Virus record (IMG/VR): IMGVR_UViG_3300010366_000011
Location: 1 to 64,000 of that record
Origin: a virus
Direction: 5' to 3' (one strand)
Length of the DNA stretch: 64,000 nucleotides
The notes below the pieces were generated by a model. That model was not told the origin of the DNA, searched no databases, and saw nothing but the letters and a program-made list of their open reading frames with translations. The position numbers and the translations under genes were made by a program. Of the stretch, positions 27,427 through 37,124 are shown in pieces (position 1 is the stretch's first letter; every line of letters begins with the position of its first letter).

Positions 27427-29412
27427 TCAATACGCCAAAATGTTGGCGCTGTCCAATTTTCCCAGCGTCGCGTGGTCGAGGATGAAGTAGGTCTGGGTCT
27501 CGGCGGGGGAGAGCCGGAACAGCGTCGTCCATTTCCCCGGGTCCGCGGACCACGTGTGCTCAATGCCTTCGATTAGGTAGTCCTGGGAGAACGGGGTACA
27601 CGCGGGAGAGCCCGGGTTGACCGGGAAGAAGTTGCGCTGCACCGTCACTCGGTCCCACAACTCCCGCCCGAGCATCTGGGGCCACATGAGCGACGGGTTC
27701 GACAGGGCGTCCACGGTGATCGACCGGACTCGCTGGTAGGGCTGCTTGTAGTGCGTGACCTCCCAGTTCGCCGCGTCCTGGGCAACCAGCGGACTCGCGG
27801 TCAGCAGGTTCTTCGTGAGCGTCCGGGCGATGTACTGGGTCTTCGATGACGAGTCGGAGGACAACACCGGTCCACCGCCCGACGGCGTGATCTGCGCGGC
27901 GTTGTAGATATCCAGCTCGTCCAGAGCCAGTTCTGTGCCCGCCAGGAGGTACGGCAGGTTGCCGTCCCCGAAGGTTGCCTGCGATGTCGTGAACGGCGGC
28001 TTGAGCGTGTGGTCTCGCTCGTAGAAGGTGATCTTGCCAGCGCCCGACTCGAAGGTGTTCCCGGTCTCACTCGTGGTGGCGTCCAGGATGTGGCTGAGCG
28101 CACCCACCGGGGCAGGGACCGCGACCATCGAATCCTGGCCGGCGTCGAGCGCACGAAGTGCCGACGGCCATGACGCTTGGTCAAGAACCCAACCGATCCG
28201 GGTGCCGGTGAGGTCTCCCACGCGCCCCAGCCCCGCGGTATAGTGCGCGGCCACCCGTGCTCCTGAGAGCACGGTGCCGGCATAGACGGCTGGCTCGGCG
28301 ATCGACCCCGCGAACCGCTGCCCCACCTGGCCGCCGCCGACATCCATGATCGCGGTCGCGTTGAACGCCAGAGACCCGCTGGCGGCTGTTCCGCCGAGCA
28401 CCCCATCCACGTAGACCGCGAGGTTGCCGGAGCCATCGCGGGTGCCCACAACGTGATGCCACTTCCCGTCGTTGATCGCAGCCGAACTCGTCGCGGCGGC
28501 AAACGCGCCTCCGAACGATGTGTCCTGGATGATGAAGGAAGCTCGGGAAGGTGATGCTTCAAGCAACCAGTACCACAGGGTGCCCGGGTTCGGCACGTTC
28601 GGCGGATACATGACACCCTCAAGAAATGGGCTGTCAATGGGACCCGTGGTCGTTGTGTTGATCCACGCTTCGACGCTGAAGGCTCCCGGCAGCGCCACCG
28701 TGGGGATGCTGACATTTCCGATCGCGCCGAGCCCGACCGTACCGGACACCGTGATCGCCTTGGCTGTCGAATCGGCGATGGGTGATGTCACTTGGTAGGC
28801 GACTGCACTGGGGGCGTAGGTTCCGTTGCGGCCATTGCCCGAGTAGTCAATCGCTGTCGTGGTGCCCGAGGTCGCCTGCATCTCCTGGAGCCGGTACCAC
28901 TCCGAAGGAGAGTCAGTCAGCACCGCGTAGTAGTAGGGGCTCTGCAATGTCAGGAGATCGAGAGCACGGAAGCCTCCCGTAGCCTCGATGGTCATGTCGG
29001 TGTTGGCCGCGTCCGACCACACGTTGCGCATAGCGGTGACGAAGCCCTGCCAGACGTTATAGGTGACTGCGGATGCCACCGCCTGCACCCGCAGCGGCAC
29101 CATCATCTTGAGGTTCGGCCAGTAGGGACTGTTTTGATTCCAGGCGTAGAAGCGGGCGTCGCGGTTTGTGAACAGACCGGAGAACTGCCCGGCCTCCGAG
29201 CGGTTGAGCTCGTGCTGGCGGCCCCGCTTCGTGCGGAAGTTCCGGCAGTAGGCGCTCACGTCCGTCCAGGTGTAGGTGGTGTCGAGCGGGTTGTTGCCAA
29301 GCGCCATCTGGACGATGACCTGGTCCGGCTGACCTGCGAGTGCCAACGGTGGCCTCCAGAGTTGCAGAGCGAGCGCGGTGACTAGGAGCGCCGCGAGGAC
29401 GAGGCGTCTCAT
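27427..29412 (-). CDS. Minor tail (tip/hub) protein with inserted LamG/ConA-like domain
   Basis: Follows TMP; WTDVSAY..RGRQHELNRSEAG; FSVEAWI..NDGKWHHVVGT..YVDG LamG motif; IEGIEHTW. Confidence 0.85.
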   Translation of the reverse strand: MRRLVLAALLVTALALQLWRPPLALAGQPDQVIVQMALGNNPLDTTYTWTDVSAYCRNFRTKRGRQHELNRSEAGQFSGLFTNRDARFYAWNQNSPYWPNLKMMVPLRVQAVASAVTYNVWQGFVTAMRNVWSDAANTDMTIEATGGFRALDLLTLQSPYYYAVLTDSPSEWYRLQEMQATSGTTTAIDYSGNGRNGTYAPSAVAYQVTSPIADSTAKAITVSGTVGLGAIGNVSIPTVALPGAFSVEAWINTTTTGPIDSPFLEGVMYPPNVPNPGTLWYWLLEASPSRASFIIQDTSFGGAFAAATSSAAINDGKWHHVVGTRDGSGNLAVYVDGVLGGTAASGSLAFNATAIMDVGGGQVGQRFAGSIAEPAVYAGTVLSGARVAAHYTAGLGRVGDLTGTRIGWVLDQASWPSALRALDAGQDSMVAVPAPVGALSHILDATTSETGNTFESGAGKITFYERDHTLKPPFTTSQATFGDGNLPYLLAGTELALDELDIYNAAQITPSGGGPVLSSDSSSKTQYIARTLTKNLLTASPLVAQDAANWEVTHYKQPYQRVRSITVDALSNPSLMWPQMLGRELWDRVTVQRNFFPVNPGSPACTPFSQDYLIEGIEHTWSADPGKWTTLFRLSPAETQTYFILDHATLGKLDSANILAY

Positions 29413-32204
29413 GCCAGTCCCGTGGAACCGGCAGACCGGCCGAGCGTTCGTTGCGCCACGGAGCGGAGCGGATCGAACAGCGTCTGCGCAAGCCCGTCGG
29501 GGGTGAGGATGCCGAGCCCGGACACGTAGACATTGAGGTTCACGACCCCCCCCAGTCCCCCAGCGCCTGCGAGCGGTGGGGCGATCACCAGCGACGACGC
29601 CGGGGGGATGATGGTCTCGCCGCCGTGGACGATGGCGAACTGCGGGCTGCCGGTCGCGCCCGGCACGACACCGCCGGACTGGAAGCCGAGCACGTGGGCG
29701 ATCGCACCCCCGGCGTGACCCACCGCCGAGATGGCCCCGCCCACCGCCGAGATGGCACCGCCGATGGCGTCGAAGATCGGCTTCAGGAAGTTCCACACAT
29801 CGGCGACCACCTGCTGGATCCAGTCCCACGCTCTCGCCCAGAACCTGAGGAAGGCTCCGAAGATATCGGTGATGCCACCCCAGATCTCTCCCCAGTGCTT
29901 CCACAGCTCGTAGAAGGGGATGAGGAAGGGGGCGACGAGAGCCATCACCAGGAAAAGGTGGTCCTTCACCCACGCCACGGCGTCACCGATGATGTCCTTG
30001 ATCGCCTTCCACACCGTTGACCAGTGCGTGACCAGCTCGTAGGCCCCGACGATCAGCAGGCCGAGGACGAGGATGATCCCGCCCGTCGCGGCGATAATGG
30101 CGATGTTGGCTGCCACCCACGCCGCTGCGGTTGCGATGGCGCTGGCGATCATGGAGGCGGCGGTCTCGGCGGCCATGATGCCCGTGCCCAGGAGATGCAC
30201 ACCAAACAGCACCAAGCGGGGGATCAGGTTGGACTCGATGATCATCCCGACCGTCATCATGATCGGGCCGATCTCCACCATCCACTTGCCGAACTTGGCG
30301 CCGTTCACGGAGATGAAGTTGCCGATCTCCGTCTCGGCCGCCTTGATCCTGCCCGTAAAGGTGTTGCCGACCGCGTCGGCGGCGCCCTTGGTGCGGGCGT
30401 CGATCTGGGCCATCGCGGTGCTGGACTGGTTCTGCGCCGCGGTGAGCTGCGCAGCGGTGTCGGAGACCTTCTTCTGGGCGTCAGCCAGGGCTTCGGCGTC
30501 CTTCTGCGCAGCGACGCTCGCCTGCGCAGCGGCGACGTTGGCCGTGACAACACCTTGTTCGGACTGGGCAACCTGGTCCTGCGCGTCCTGCACCTTCTTG
30601 AGCGCCGCGGCGTACTGCGTGCTCCCCGGCAGCGAGGCGGCGAAGAGGTCGTTCTGCTTCTGCTGCGCGTCGGCTTGGGAGAGGTTGGCCTGGCGGAGCG
30701 CGAGCTGGGCATCGGCGAGCTGATTTCGCGCCGACGTCATTGCCGCTGAACCGGGCAGCGAGTCGGTCTGGAGCTTATTCAGCGCCGCCTGGGAGTCGGA
30801 GTAGGTCTTGTTGGCGTCCGTGACGCCGTACTGGGCCTCCTGGATGGCGAGCTGCGCGTCGGCGAGCTGGCGGCTTGTAGCGGTGCCGGAAGCTTGCAGG
30901 GTTGAGAGGTTGGCCGTGGCGTCGGCGAGCGTGTTGGCCGCCCTCTGCTGGCCGATCTGCGCCTTCCCAATGTTCTCCTGCGCGGTCGCCACGTCGGTGG
31001 CATCCGGACCCTTGGCGAGATCGTTCAGGGCCTTTTGTGTATCGATCACCTTCTGCGCCGCGTCCCGGGTAGTCTTGGCCGCGTTCGCGATGGCGATGTA
31101 GCCGGCCTCAACGTCCTTGGCCGCCGGGCCCGCGGCGAGGGTTGCGAACTCCTTCTCGGCCGTGTTCAGGTTCGCCAGCGCGTCCCGGTGGGCCTTGGCC
31201 GCCGAGGCCGCCTGTATCTGGGCCTGCCCCTCCTTGGCCGCCGATATCTGGGCTTGGTCGGCCTGGGTCTGCTGGACCTTCTGGAGAGCATCAACCGCCG
31301 CTGCGTGGTCCTTCTCGGCGGTGGCAAGATCCTTGACGACCTTGGTCTGTGAGACCGTCTGGATATTGAGCTGGGCGAGCAATCTTCCCTTGCCCTGCTC
31401 GGCGAGCGTGACGTTCTGTGCCGCCTTGGCAAGGGATGTGTGGGTGTCGACCGCGACGTTCTCAACCGTCGTCAGCTCTTTGATCGCGGTCGGCATGTCC
31501 TGCGTGGCCAGGTCCAGCTTGTTCAGGACCTGCATGACCTCCGAGGCGGACTCTCCGTGCTTCGCCTCGGCGCTGATGACCTGGTTGATCGACCCGGCAT
31601 ACTCGTCATACGAATGGCCGGTGTTCTGGATCGTGTTCGCTAGTGCCGCCTGGTTCTGCTCGACACCCTGGCCGGCCTTGACCAGCAGGGCACCCACGAC
31701 GGTGACTACACCACCCACGGCCGTGATCGCGGCTCCAACCTTGGCTACTGCGTCCGGCAGGCTGTCCCAGGCGTTCTGGAGCCCTTGGGTAGCCTGGGTG
31801 ATGACGTTGACCGCGGATGGGATCGGGCCAAGTGACACGCCGGCCTGCATGGCGGCCATCTGCATGTTGTTGAACGCCGTCGTGCCGAACTGCGCGCCGC
31901 CGCTGAGAGCGGACCCCATCTTGCCGGCGGCGACGTTTACTTCCTCGCTCGCCGCAGCTGCGGCCTTGGCGGCTGCCGAGACCTCCTCCTCGAAGACCGC
32001 CTGGGCAGCGGCCTTGCCCTGCTCCTCGAGCGTGGTGGCGAGTGCCTTGCCCGTGGCGGTGCCGGCGTCCGCGCCGACCTTGGCTCCCGCCTCCGTCATC
32101 GGGCCGGCGAGGGCCTCCAGGATCTGAACCGCCTTCGGAGCCTCGCTCTGGAACTGGGTCAGCGAGAGCTGGAGCTGGGCGACGACTGGGTCGAGATAAG
32201 CCAC
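29409..32204 (-). CDS. Tape measure protein
   Basis: 931-aa Ala/Gln-rich coil, Trp-periodic repeats, FQSGGVVPG..AIVHGGE C-terminus. Confidence 0.92.
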   Translation of the reverse strand: MAYLDPVVAQLQLSLTQFQSEAPKAVQILEALAGPMTEAGAKVGADAGTATGKALATTLEEQGKAAAQAVFEEEVSAAAKAAAAASEEVNVAAGKMGSALSGGAQFGTTAFNNMQMAAMQAGVSLGPIPSAVNVITQATQGLQNAWDSLPDAVAKVGAAITAVGGVVTVVGALLVKAGQGVEQNQAALANTIQNTGHSYDEYAGSINQVISAEAKHGESASEVMQVLNKLDLATQDMPTAIKELTTVENVAVDTHTSLAKAAQNVTLAEQGKGRLLAQLNIQTVSQTKVVKDLATAEKDHAAAVDALQKVQQTQADQAQISAAKEGQAQIQAASAAKAHRDALANLNTAEKEFATLAAGPAAKDVEAGYIAIANAAKTTRDAAQKVIDTQKALNDLAKGPDATDVATAQENIGKAQIGQQRAANTLADATANLSTLQASGTATSRQLADAQLAIQEAQYGVTDANKTYSDSQAALNKLQTDSLPGSAAMTSARNQLADAQLALRQANLSQADAQQKQNDLFAASLPGSTQYAAALKKVQDAQDQVAQSEQGVVTANVAAAQASVAAQKDAEALADAQKKVSDTAAQLTAAQNQSSTAMAQIDARTKGAADAVGNTFTGRIKAAETEIGNFISVNGAKFGKWMVEIGPIMMTVGMIIESNLIPRLVLFGVHLLGTGIMAAETAASMIASAIATAAAWVAANIAIIAATGGIILVLGLLIVGAYELVTHWSTVWKAIKDIIGDAVAWVKDHLFLVMALVAPFLIPFYELWKHWGEIWGGITDIFGAFLRFWARAWDWIQQVVADVWNFLKPIFDAIGGAISAVGGAISAVGHAGGAIAHVLGFQSGGVVPGATGSPQFAIVHGGETIIPPASSLVIAPPLAGAGGLGGVVNLNVYVSGLGILTPDGLAQTLFDPLRSVAQRTLGRSAGSTGLA

Positions 32205-32224
32205 AGGCGTCGCCCTTTCCGGAT

Positions 32225-32677
32225 TTAGGTCAGCGCCTTGCCGATCTCCTCCAGGAAGACGTTGACGGCGTGCGACTGGACCACGAAGTCAAAGGCAGGC
32301 TTGAGGTAGGGCATCGGGGGCTGGTCGTAGTGGCGCGACCGGGAGTCGATGCCCTGGAAGCCGAGCTCGATGCGGCGGCTGTAGCGCATCGTCGGCCCGA
32401 CGCTGATGGTCCAGAGACCTCCGGCCAGGCTCGGCCCGTCCACCATGATCGACCGCCGATGCGAGCCGGTCACCACTCCGGGGCCCGTGCCTCCTTGACG
32501 CGCTCGGGGGCCGGGCCGGCCGTGCAGCCAGCGCGCCTCCCCGCTTGAGTTCTCCTTGGCCTGGGCCTCCACCATGTGCCCTAGGCGAGAGAGCGCGGCC
32601 CTGCCGCCCTCCTGCGCCCGGCTGACCATGCTCTCAAGCGAGCGGCTAAACCCGTCCAGGCCCTCTAGCGTTGCGAT
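32225..32677 (-). CDS. HK97 gp10-like neck/tail-completion protein (start uncertain)
   Basis: LEGLDGF..PGVVTGSHRRSI..VGPTMRYSRRIELG..PYLKPA. Confidence 0.8.
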   Translation of the reverse strand: MATLEGLDGFSRSLESMVSRAQEGGRAALSRLGHMVEAQAKENSSGEARWLHGRPGPRARQGGTGPGVVTGSHRRSIMVDGPSLAGGLWTISVGPTMRYSRRIELGFQGIDSRSRHYDQPPMPYLKPAFDFVVQSHAVNVFLEEIGKALT

Positions 32678-32891
32678 TGGCGGCCTCCTGGGCGTCGGCC
32701 CGGCCTTGCGCCTCGGCGGCGTCGTAGGCGAGATACCAGGCAACCTTCGCCGCTGGCAGGGTGTCCACGTACTCCACCGTCCAGCCCGGGAAGAGCCGGA
32801 GCACCCGGTAGCGCAGGTACTCGAGCGGGAGCGGGTTGCGCGTGTTGTGCCCGGCGGTTACTGCCCGGACGCGCTGGAGGATCCAAAAGGG
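32646..32891 (-). CDS. Tail assembly chaperone, -1 frameshift extension (gpGT-like)
   Basis: Open -1 frame from slippery CCCTTTT (32885-32891): ..FPGWTVEYVDTLP.. Confidence 0.75.
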   Translation of the reverse strand, partial: PFWILQRVRAVTAGHNTRNPLPLEYLRYRVLRLFPGWTVEYVDTLPAAKVAWYLAYDAAEAQGRADAQEAANRNARGPGRV

Positions 32892-33445
32892 ATCTCGGCT
32901 GAGTCCGCCTGAGCTCCCTCCGGCACCGAGGAGAAGTCTGGATGCCCGGCGTCCCAGATCGCCGTCGCTGCGTCCCGGAGCTTCATGCCGTCGAGACGAG
33001 GAATCATCCGCAGGGAATCCACATCGAGACCGACGGGTTGCCCTGAGACCGCCCGGCCATGCACCAGCCGTGGCCGTTCCCGGACTACACCGGGCAGCGG
33101 CAGGTCGAAGTCCCACGACACGATCAGAGAGCATAGCGGGAAGTTTTTCTGCGTCGACACCTGGGTCGCCAGAGCAGTGGCCGACACCTGGAGAGCCATC
33201 GTCTGGCCGGCCCCCGCAGGCACGTCGGCGATGCTCAGGCCCTCCGTGGGCTGCGGGATGTCCGCTGAGGTGCGCCCGTTCGCCAGCGGCGTTGCCTGCT
33301 GGCGTAGCTGGGCGGACGCGGCTATCTGCGAGGCCAGCGCCTCGAGATCCATGTCGTCGCCGAAGGTGACCTCGGTTCGAAGAGTCGCCGAGTGACCGGA
33401 GGGAAGCAGGATCGTTTCCGTCGGAACATCCATCGGTGCTGGCAT
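32858..33445 (-). CDS. Tail assembly chaperone (gpG-like)
   Basis: Between tail tube and TMP genes; LIVSWDF motif. Confidence 0.8.
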   Translation of the reverse strand: MPAPMDVPTETILLPSGHSATLRTEVTFGDDMDLEALASQIAASAQLRQQATPLANGRTSADIPQPTEGLSIADVPAGAGQTMALQVSATALATQVSTQKNFPLCSLIVSWDFDLPLPGVVRERPRLVHGRAVSGQPVGLDVDSLRMIPRLDGMKLRDAATAIWDAGHPDFSSVPEGAQADSAEIPFGSSSASGQ

Positions 33446-34626
33446 CAGTAGACCCCCTGTGGGCTGATCGTCGTGATCTTCACCGGGGAGTATCCCACCG
33501 ATCCCCCCGCGTCGGTGGTGTTGGCGATGCCCTCGATGGTGGCCTCGGTCTCCAGATAGTGCTTGCCGCGGATGGCCTGGGTGGGGGAGATGAAGGCACA
33601 CGAGTTCATGTGGATCTCCACCGAGCGGTTCGCCACGCCCTGCTGGATGAGGGTCACGTCCAGCGCAGGTTGCGTGTTGTTGATGTAGTAAGCCAGCTCG
33701 GTGTCATCCTCGTAGACGAGCAGCACCTTTCCCTTGGCGGTGATCGGGCCGCCGAAGATCGAATAAGGGTTCTGAACGCCCTGAGCTGTCCAGATGGGGG
33801 CGAGGTTCATACGGGCGATGGTGAGGTCCAGGCTCCAGAGTTTTGTGATGGTGGAGCCGGCGATCTTCGCGGTGCAGTTCCAGCCAGGGATGGGAGCTGT
33901 GGAGGAGAAGGAGATCGCAGGAGCGGATCCGGTCACGGGAAGCGCCGAGAAGACCTTGGTCGTGTAATTGAACATGTCCTCCGACGTGAACTTGAAGGCC
34001 ACCTCGGAGACCTCGGCTCCCGCGAACTGGCGCATGTTGAACCCATTGAAGTCCGAGACCGTGAGAGCCGGGGCCTGGCCGTTGGACAGGTTGTAGGCCG
34101 AGAAGGTGTTGGTGAACGGGGCCACCACGGGCTGCACTGTCTGGGCACTGGCGTGGGCAAAGCTCAACGGTGAGTTGAGGGTGAGAGTGAACGGCCCGGC
34201 GCCGCTCACCGATACCACCGAGCGGATCTCCGCCGTGGCACCCGTTCCGATCTGAAGGACGGTGGTGGCAGCCTCAGTGGCCGCAGTGGAGATCGTAGTG
34301 GCGCCGATGGCGGCCGATGACGACAGGGTGGTGGAGCCTCCGGAGGCGGTCCCGACCCCGCCGACGTCGCCCATGAGCGCAGCTAGCCAGAACCCGATGG
34401 CGTCCGGGAACACGTCGCCCTGACACGAGTATTCCCCGTCCTCGACTCCCTGGATCATCCCGTAGGTCTGGGCCATGGCACCGCGGAAGCCTTCGTCCGG
34501 GAGGTACTTGATCTGCGGGAGCGCGTTCGGCGCCTTGATCGGGATGAAGAACGACGGGGCCACCGCGGTGAACTTCGTGGTCTCCCGGGCCACACCGAGC
34601 CAGGATAGGTTGACGGGATATGGCAC
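33445..34626 (-). CDS. Major tail tube protein with inserted Ig-like segment
   Basis: WLGVARET..YLPDEGFRG..GDVFPDAIG; position. Confidence 0.85.
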   Translation of the reverse strand: MPYPVNLSWLGVARETTKFTAVAPSFFIPIKAPNALPQIKYLPDEGFRGAMAQTYGMIQGVEDGEYSCQGDVFPDAIGFWLAALMGDVGGVGTASGGSTTLSSSAAIGATTISTAATEAATTVLQIGTGATAEIRSVVSVSGAGPFTLTLNSPLSFAHASAQTVQPVVAPFTNTFSAYNLSNGQAPALTVSDFNGFNMRQFAGAEVSEVAFKFTSEDMFNYTTKVFSALPVTGSAPAISFSSTAPIPGWNCTAKIAGSTITKLWSLDLTIARMNLAPIWTAQGVQNPYSIFGGPITAKGKVLLVYEDDTELAYYINNTQPALDVTLIQQGVANRSVEIHMNSCAFISPTQAIRGKHYLETEATIEGIANTTDAGGSVGYSPVKITTISPQGVY

Positions 34627-34731
34627 AGCAGTCTCCCCTCTAGTGAATTGTCCTTAGATCGCCCTGCGAAGTGGTCCCTAGACGAGCGCGCCAAGAAGCC
34701 CCGCCAAGGGCTCCGGCACTATGAGGGGTAC

Positions 34732-35037
34732 TTAGTTCAGCGTGATCGAGCGGCCCCCGTTGGGTGGCAGGGGAACTACCGGGGCCATCAGCTTGGCCCG
34801 TGCAACTTGGGCCTCGGCGGAGTCCAGCCAGGTGGAGACCCTCGTCTCGTACGAGTAGAGGAACTCCACCCACTCAGGCGAGCCCGTCGGCCCGATCAGC
34901 TTCTCAATGAGCATCTCGATCATCCACGCCGGCCCGATGCTGGCCGCCATGCCCTGGCCCTGGAGCCCGGCCAGACGGCGCTGGTTGCTCTGTTGCAGAG
35001 TTACCAGACTCTCGGGCGTGACGGAAGGATCAGCCAT
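34732..35037 (-). CDS. Hypothetical protein
   Basis: ORF in late operon. Confidence 0.65.
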   Translation of the reverse strand: MADPSVTPESLVTLQQSNQRRLAGLQGQGMAASIGPAWMIEMLIEKLIGPTGSPEWVEFLYSYETRVSTWLDSAEAQVARAKLMAPVVPLPPNGGRSITLN

Positions 35038-35042
35038 GTCGG

Positions 35043-35591
35043 TCAGGGAGTCGCCGGCGCCGTGGTGGCGTCGGGAGCGGGAGCCTCCATGGTAGGCGCG
35101 GCGGCCATGGTCTCGACGGATGCCGCAGCAACCGGGGGTCCTGGGATGGGCTCGGCGGTGGGTTCTGTACCCGTGCCGGGCGCGGAAGGCTCCGGCACGA
35201 CGCCGCCGGAGTGGAAACCTTCGGGAGCCGTCGCAGCAAGCTCGCTGACCACGCCCGAGGGGTCTTGCACGAGAGCGGCGCCGATGTTCTCCGCCGTGGC
35301 CTCGGCCGCGGGGATCAGCTCGAGATGGGGACTGTTCACGACCACGGCAACCTCTGTCGGCAGCGTGACCGCAGCACCCGTCTCCGGATGGGTATCGCCC
35401 GGGCTCAGGATATGGACCGGGGCAACCTCGACCACATCTCCCGGGTGAAGGTCGGCGAGAGGTGGCGGATCCTGGCCCTCCGGCGGCGCTGCGTGACGGT
35501 GGACGCGCAGGATCGGCAGGAACGGAAAACTCATGGCGGCGTGGTGGATGAATCTGTAGAACCTGCCGTGGGGCTCCGGTGCCTCATCCAT
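35043..35591 (-). CDS. Acidic Pro/Ala-rich hypothetical protein
   Basis: ATG at 35591 after GAGGAG. Confidence 0.65.
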   Translation of the reverse strand: MDEAPEPHGRFYRFIHHAAMSFPFLPILRVHRHAAPPEGQDPPPLADLHPGDVVEVAPVHILSPGDTHPETGAAVTLPTEVAVVVNSPHLELIPAAEATAENIGAALVQDPSGVVSELAATAPEGFHSGGVVPEPSAPGTGTEPTAEPIPGPPVAAASVETMAAAPTMEAPAPDATTAPATP

Positions 35592-35625
35592 CCCGTGTAC
35601 TCCTCTCTCGCCGTTGGCGACGGCC

Positions 35626-35814
35626 TCAGTGATGCGGATGTGAGATGTGCTTGATCTTGCGAGTCTTGTGGACCTTGACGTGCTTCTTGGCAGCGGCTCC
35701 CTTCGGTGCCGGCTGTCCATGGATCGCGGCGTGGTGAGCCTTGGCCTGAGCCTTTGGCTTGACCTGATGTACGGCGATTCGGTGCGTACGAAGTGCAATG
35801 TGATGGTACGCCAT
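35626..35814 (-). CDS. Very basic His/Lys-rich small protein
   Basis: GAGGAGG RBS, TGATG coupling; 62 aa with no D/E. Confidence 0.7.
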   Translation of the reverse strand: MAYHHIALRTHRIAVHQVKPKAQAKAHHAAIHGQPAPKGAAAKKHVKVHKTRKIKHISHPHH

Positions 35815-36011
35815 CAGACCTCCTCGCATGGCCGGTAGTGCTCGGCGAGCCAGTGGACCTCCCAGAGCGCCCGGCTGGCGAACATGACCTTGCACTCGTA
35901 GCAGGCGGGTTTGTACCGGAAGAGCGTTCGCCAGCTTCGGCGCCAGAACGGCTCGGGGACGGCGACGATCTCTCCCAGGTCGGGATCCCAGCCTTCGACA
36001 GGTTCGTTCAT
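35814..36011 (-). CDS. Small C2H2-like zinc-finger protein
   Basis: CYECKVMF..WEVHWLAEH; ATGA overlap. Confidence 0.6.
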   Translation of the reverse strand: MNEPVEGWDPDLGEIVAVPEPFWRRSWRTLFRYKPACYECKVMFASRALWEVHWLAEHYRPCEEV

Positions 36012-36541
36012 GCCGTGAACCATACCTGCACCCACCACGTTACCTGGTTACGGATCCACACCGTGCCGTCATCGCTTCGCACCGGCAGTTCCGAGCCCAC
36101 GTGGATATGGCCATGCTGCGGATCCCCCTCGCCGGCACAGAACACCATTCCGCCCATCGTCTGGTCGGAGCGGATCCGGGTCTTGATCGCCTCGACCAAG
36201 GTGTCATAGTCGTCCATCGCCAGCTCGGCCATGTCCTCGCCCTGGCCTACCACTGCGAGGCGCGCCGAGCGGAACATCACGTAGAGCGAGACCTCGAACC
36301 AGGTGGCCTTCCATCCGCTGAATACCGGGGAGGTCTCCCGGTACTCGTCGTCAGTGTGGATCCAGACGAACGCAACAGCATCCGAGGCGACCCCGGCCGG
36401 CGCCGTGAAGTCCCGGCCGCCCATGAGAACCCGGGGGCTCCGGTAGACGGTCGACAGTCCCGGGACGGGGGGAGTGGTGAACCAGGCTTGGATCAGCGCC
36501 CGCAGATCCTGGCGCTGAGTGACCGCCGACGGACCGGGCAT
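36008..36541 (-). CDS. Tail terminator-like protein
   Basis: LVEAIKTRIRSDQTMGG motif; upstream of tail tube. Confidence 0.7.
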   Translation of the reverse strand: MPGPSAVTQRQDLRALIQAWFTTPPVPGLSTVYRSPRVLMGGRDFTAPAGVASDAVAFVWIHTDDEYRETSPVFSGWKATWFEVSLYVMFRSARLAVVGQGEDMAELAMDDYDTLVEAIKTRIRSDQTMGGMVFCAGEGDPQHGHIHVGSELPVRSDDGTVWIRNQVTWWVQVWFTA

Positions 36542-36910
36542 CTACCGGTCCGGTCGGAGCGGTCCGTCCAGCTTCTCCAAAAGCGCCCTGCCCTCCTTGC
36601 ACGGTATTCCGGGAGCACCGCAGTAGCAGGCGCCCTCCCAAGGGTCGGATGGGTCGCTGACCATGTCACCCCAAGCCAGGTGCGGATGATCCTCGCACAC
36701 GTAGCCAGTCCCGAGACAGAACGGGCAGGCAGGATCTATGCCGCCGGGCCCGCAGACGAACTCCTCCACGATGCTGCGCAGTGGTGGCGCCGGAGGGGAA
36801 GAAGGCCGCGCTGGGGCTGTTGGCGTGTGGTGCGAATGGCCGAGCACTTCCCCGTCTCCGGCCCCGTCCTCCCGGGCGCTGGGGGGGCTAGCGAGCCGGG
36901 AAGATCTCAT
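36542..36910 (-). CDS. Cys-rich hypothetical protein
   Basis: CPFCLGTGYVCEDHP..W..CYCGAPGIPC. Confidence 0.55.
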   Translation of the reverse strand: MRSSRLASPPSAREDGAGDGEVLGHSHHTPTAPARPSSPPAPPLRSIVEEFVCGPGGIDPACPFCLGTGYVCEDHPHLAWGDMVSDPSDPWEGACYCGAPGIPCKEGRALLEKLDGPLRPDR

Positions 36911-37100
36911 CAGGATTCCGTGATCCGAGCAGGTCGACAAAGCCTGAGTGGTGCATGGTCGCGGTGGCCGATGTGACCACGCCTGCGTGCTCAAGCTGGT
37001 CCACCAGAGCCTTGAGATTGGCGATCACGGTCTGCTCCGCCTCTCTCTGTGCTTCCACGCTGCCGGGGATGTTCCCGCTGATAATTGCCTGCCAGGTCAT
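36888..37100 (-). CDS. Hypothetical protein
   Basis: AAAGGAG RBS. Confidence 0.65.
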   Translation of the reverse strand: MTWQAIISGNIPGSVEAQREAEQTVIANLKALVDQLEHAGVVTSATATMHHSGFVDLLGSRNPDEIFPAR

Positions 37101-37124
37101 TGTTACCCGTCTCCTTTCCGGCTG

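Noticed and set aside
33445-36541. Contractile tail, tailocin or gene transfer agent
   Set aside because: No sheath or baseplate wedge genes; terminase, portal, capsid and many phage accessory genes are present
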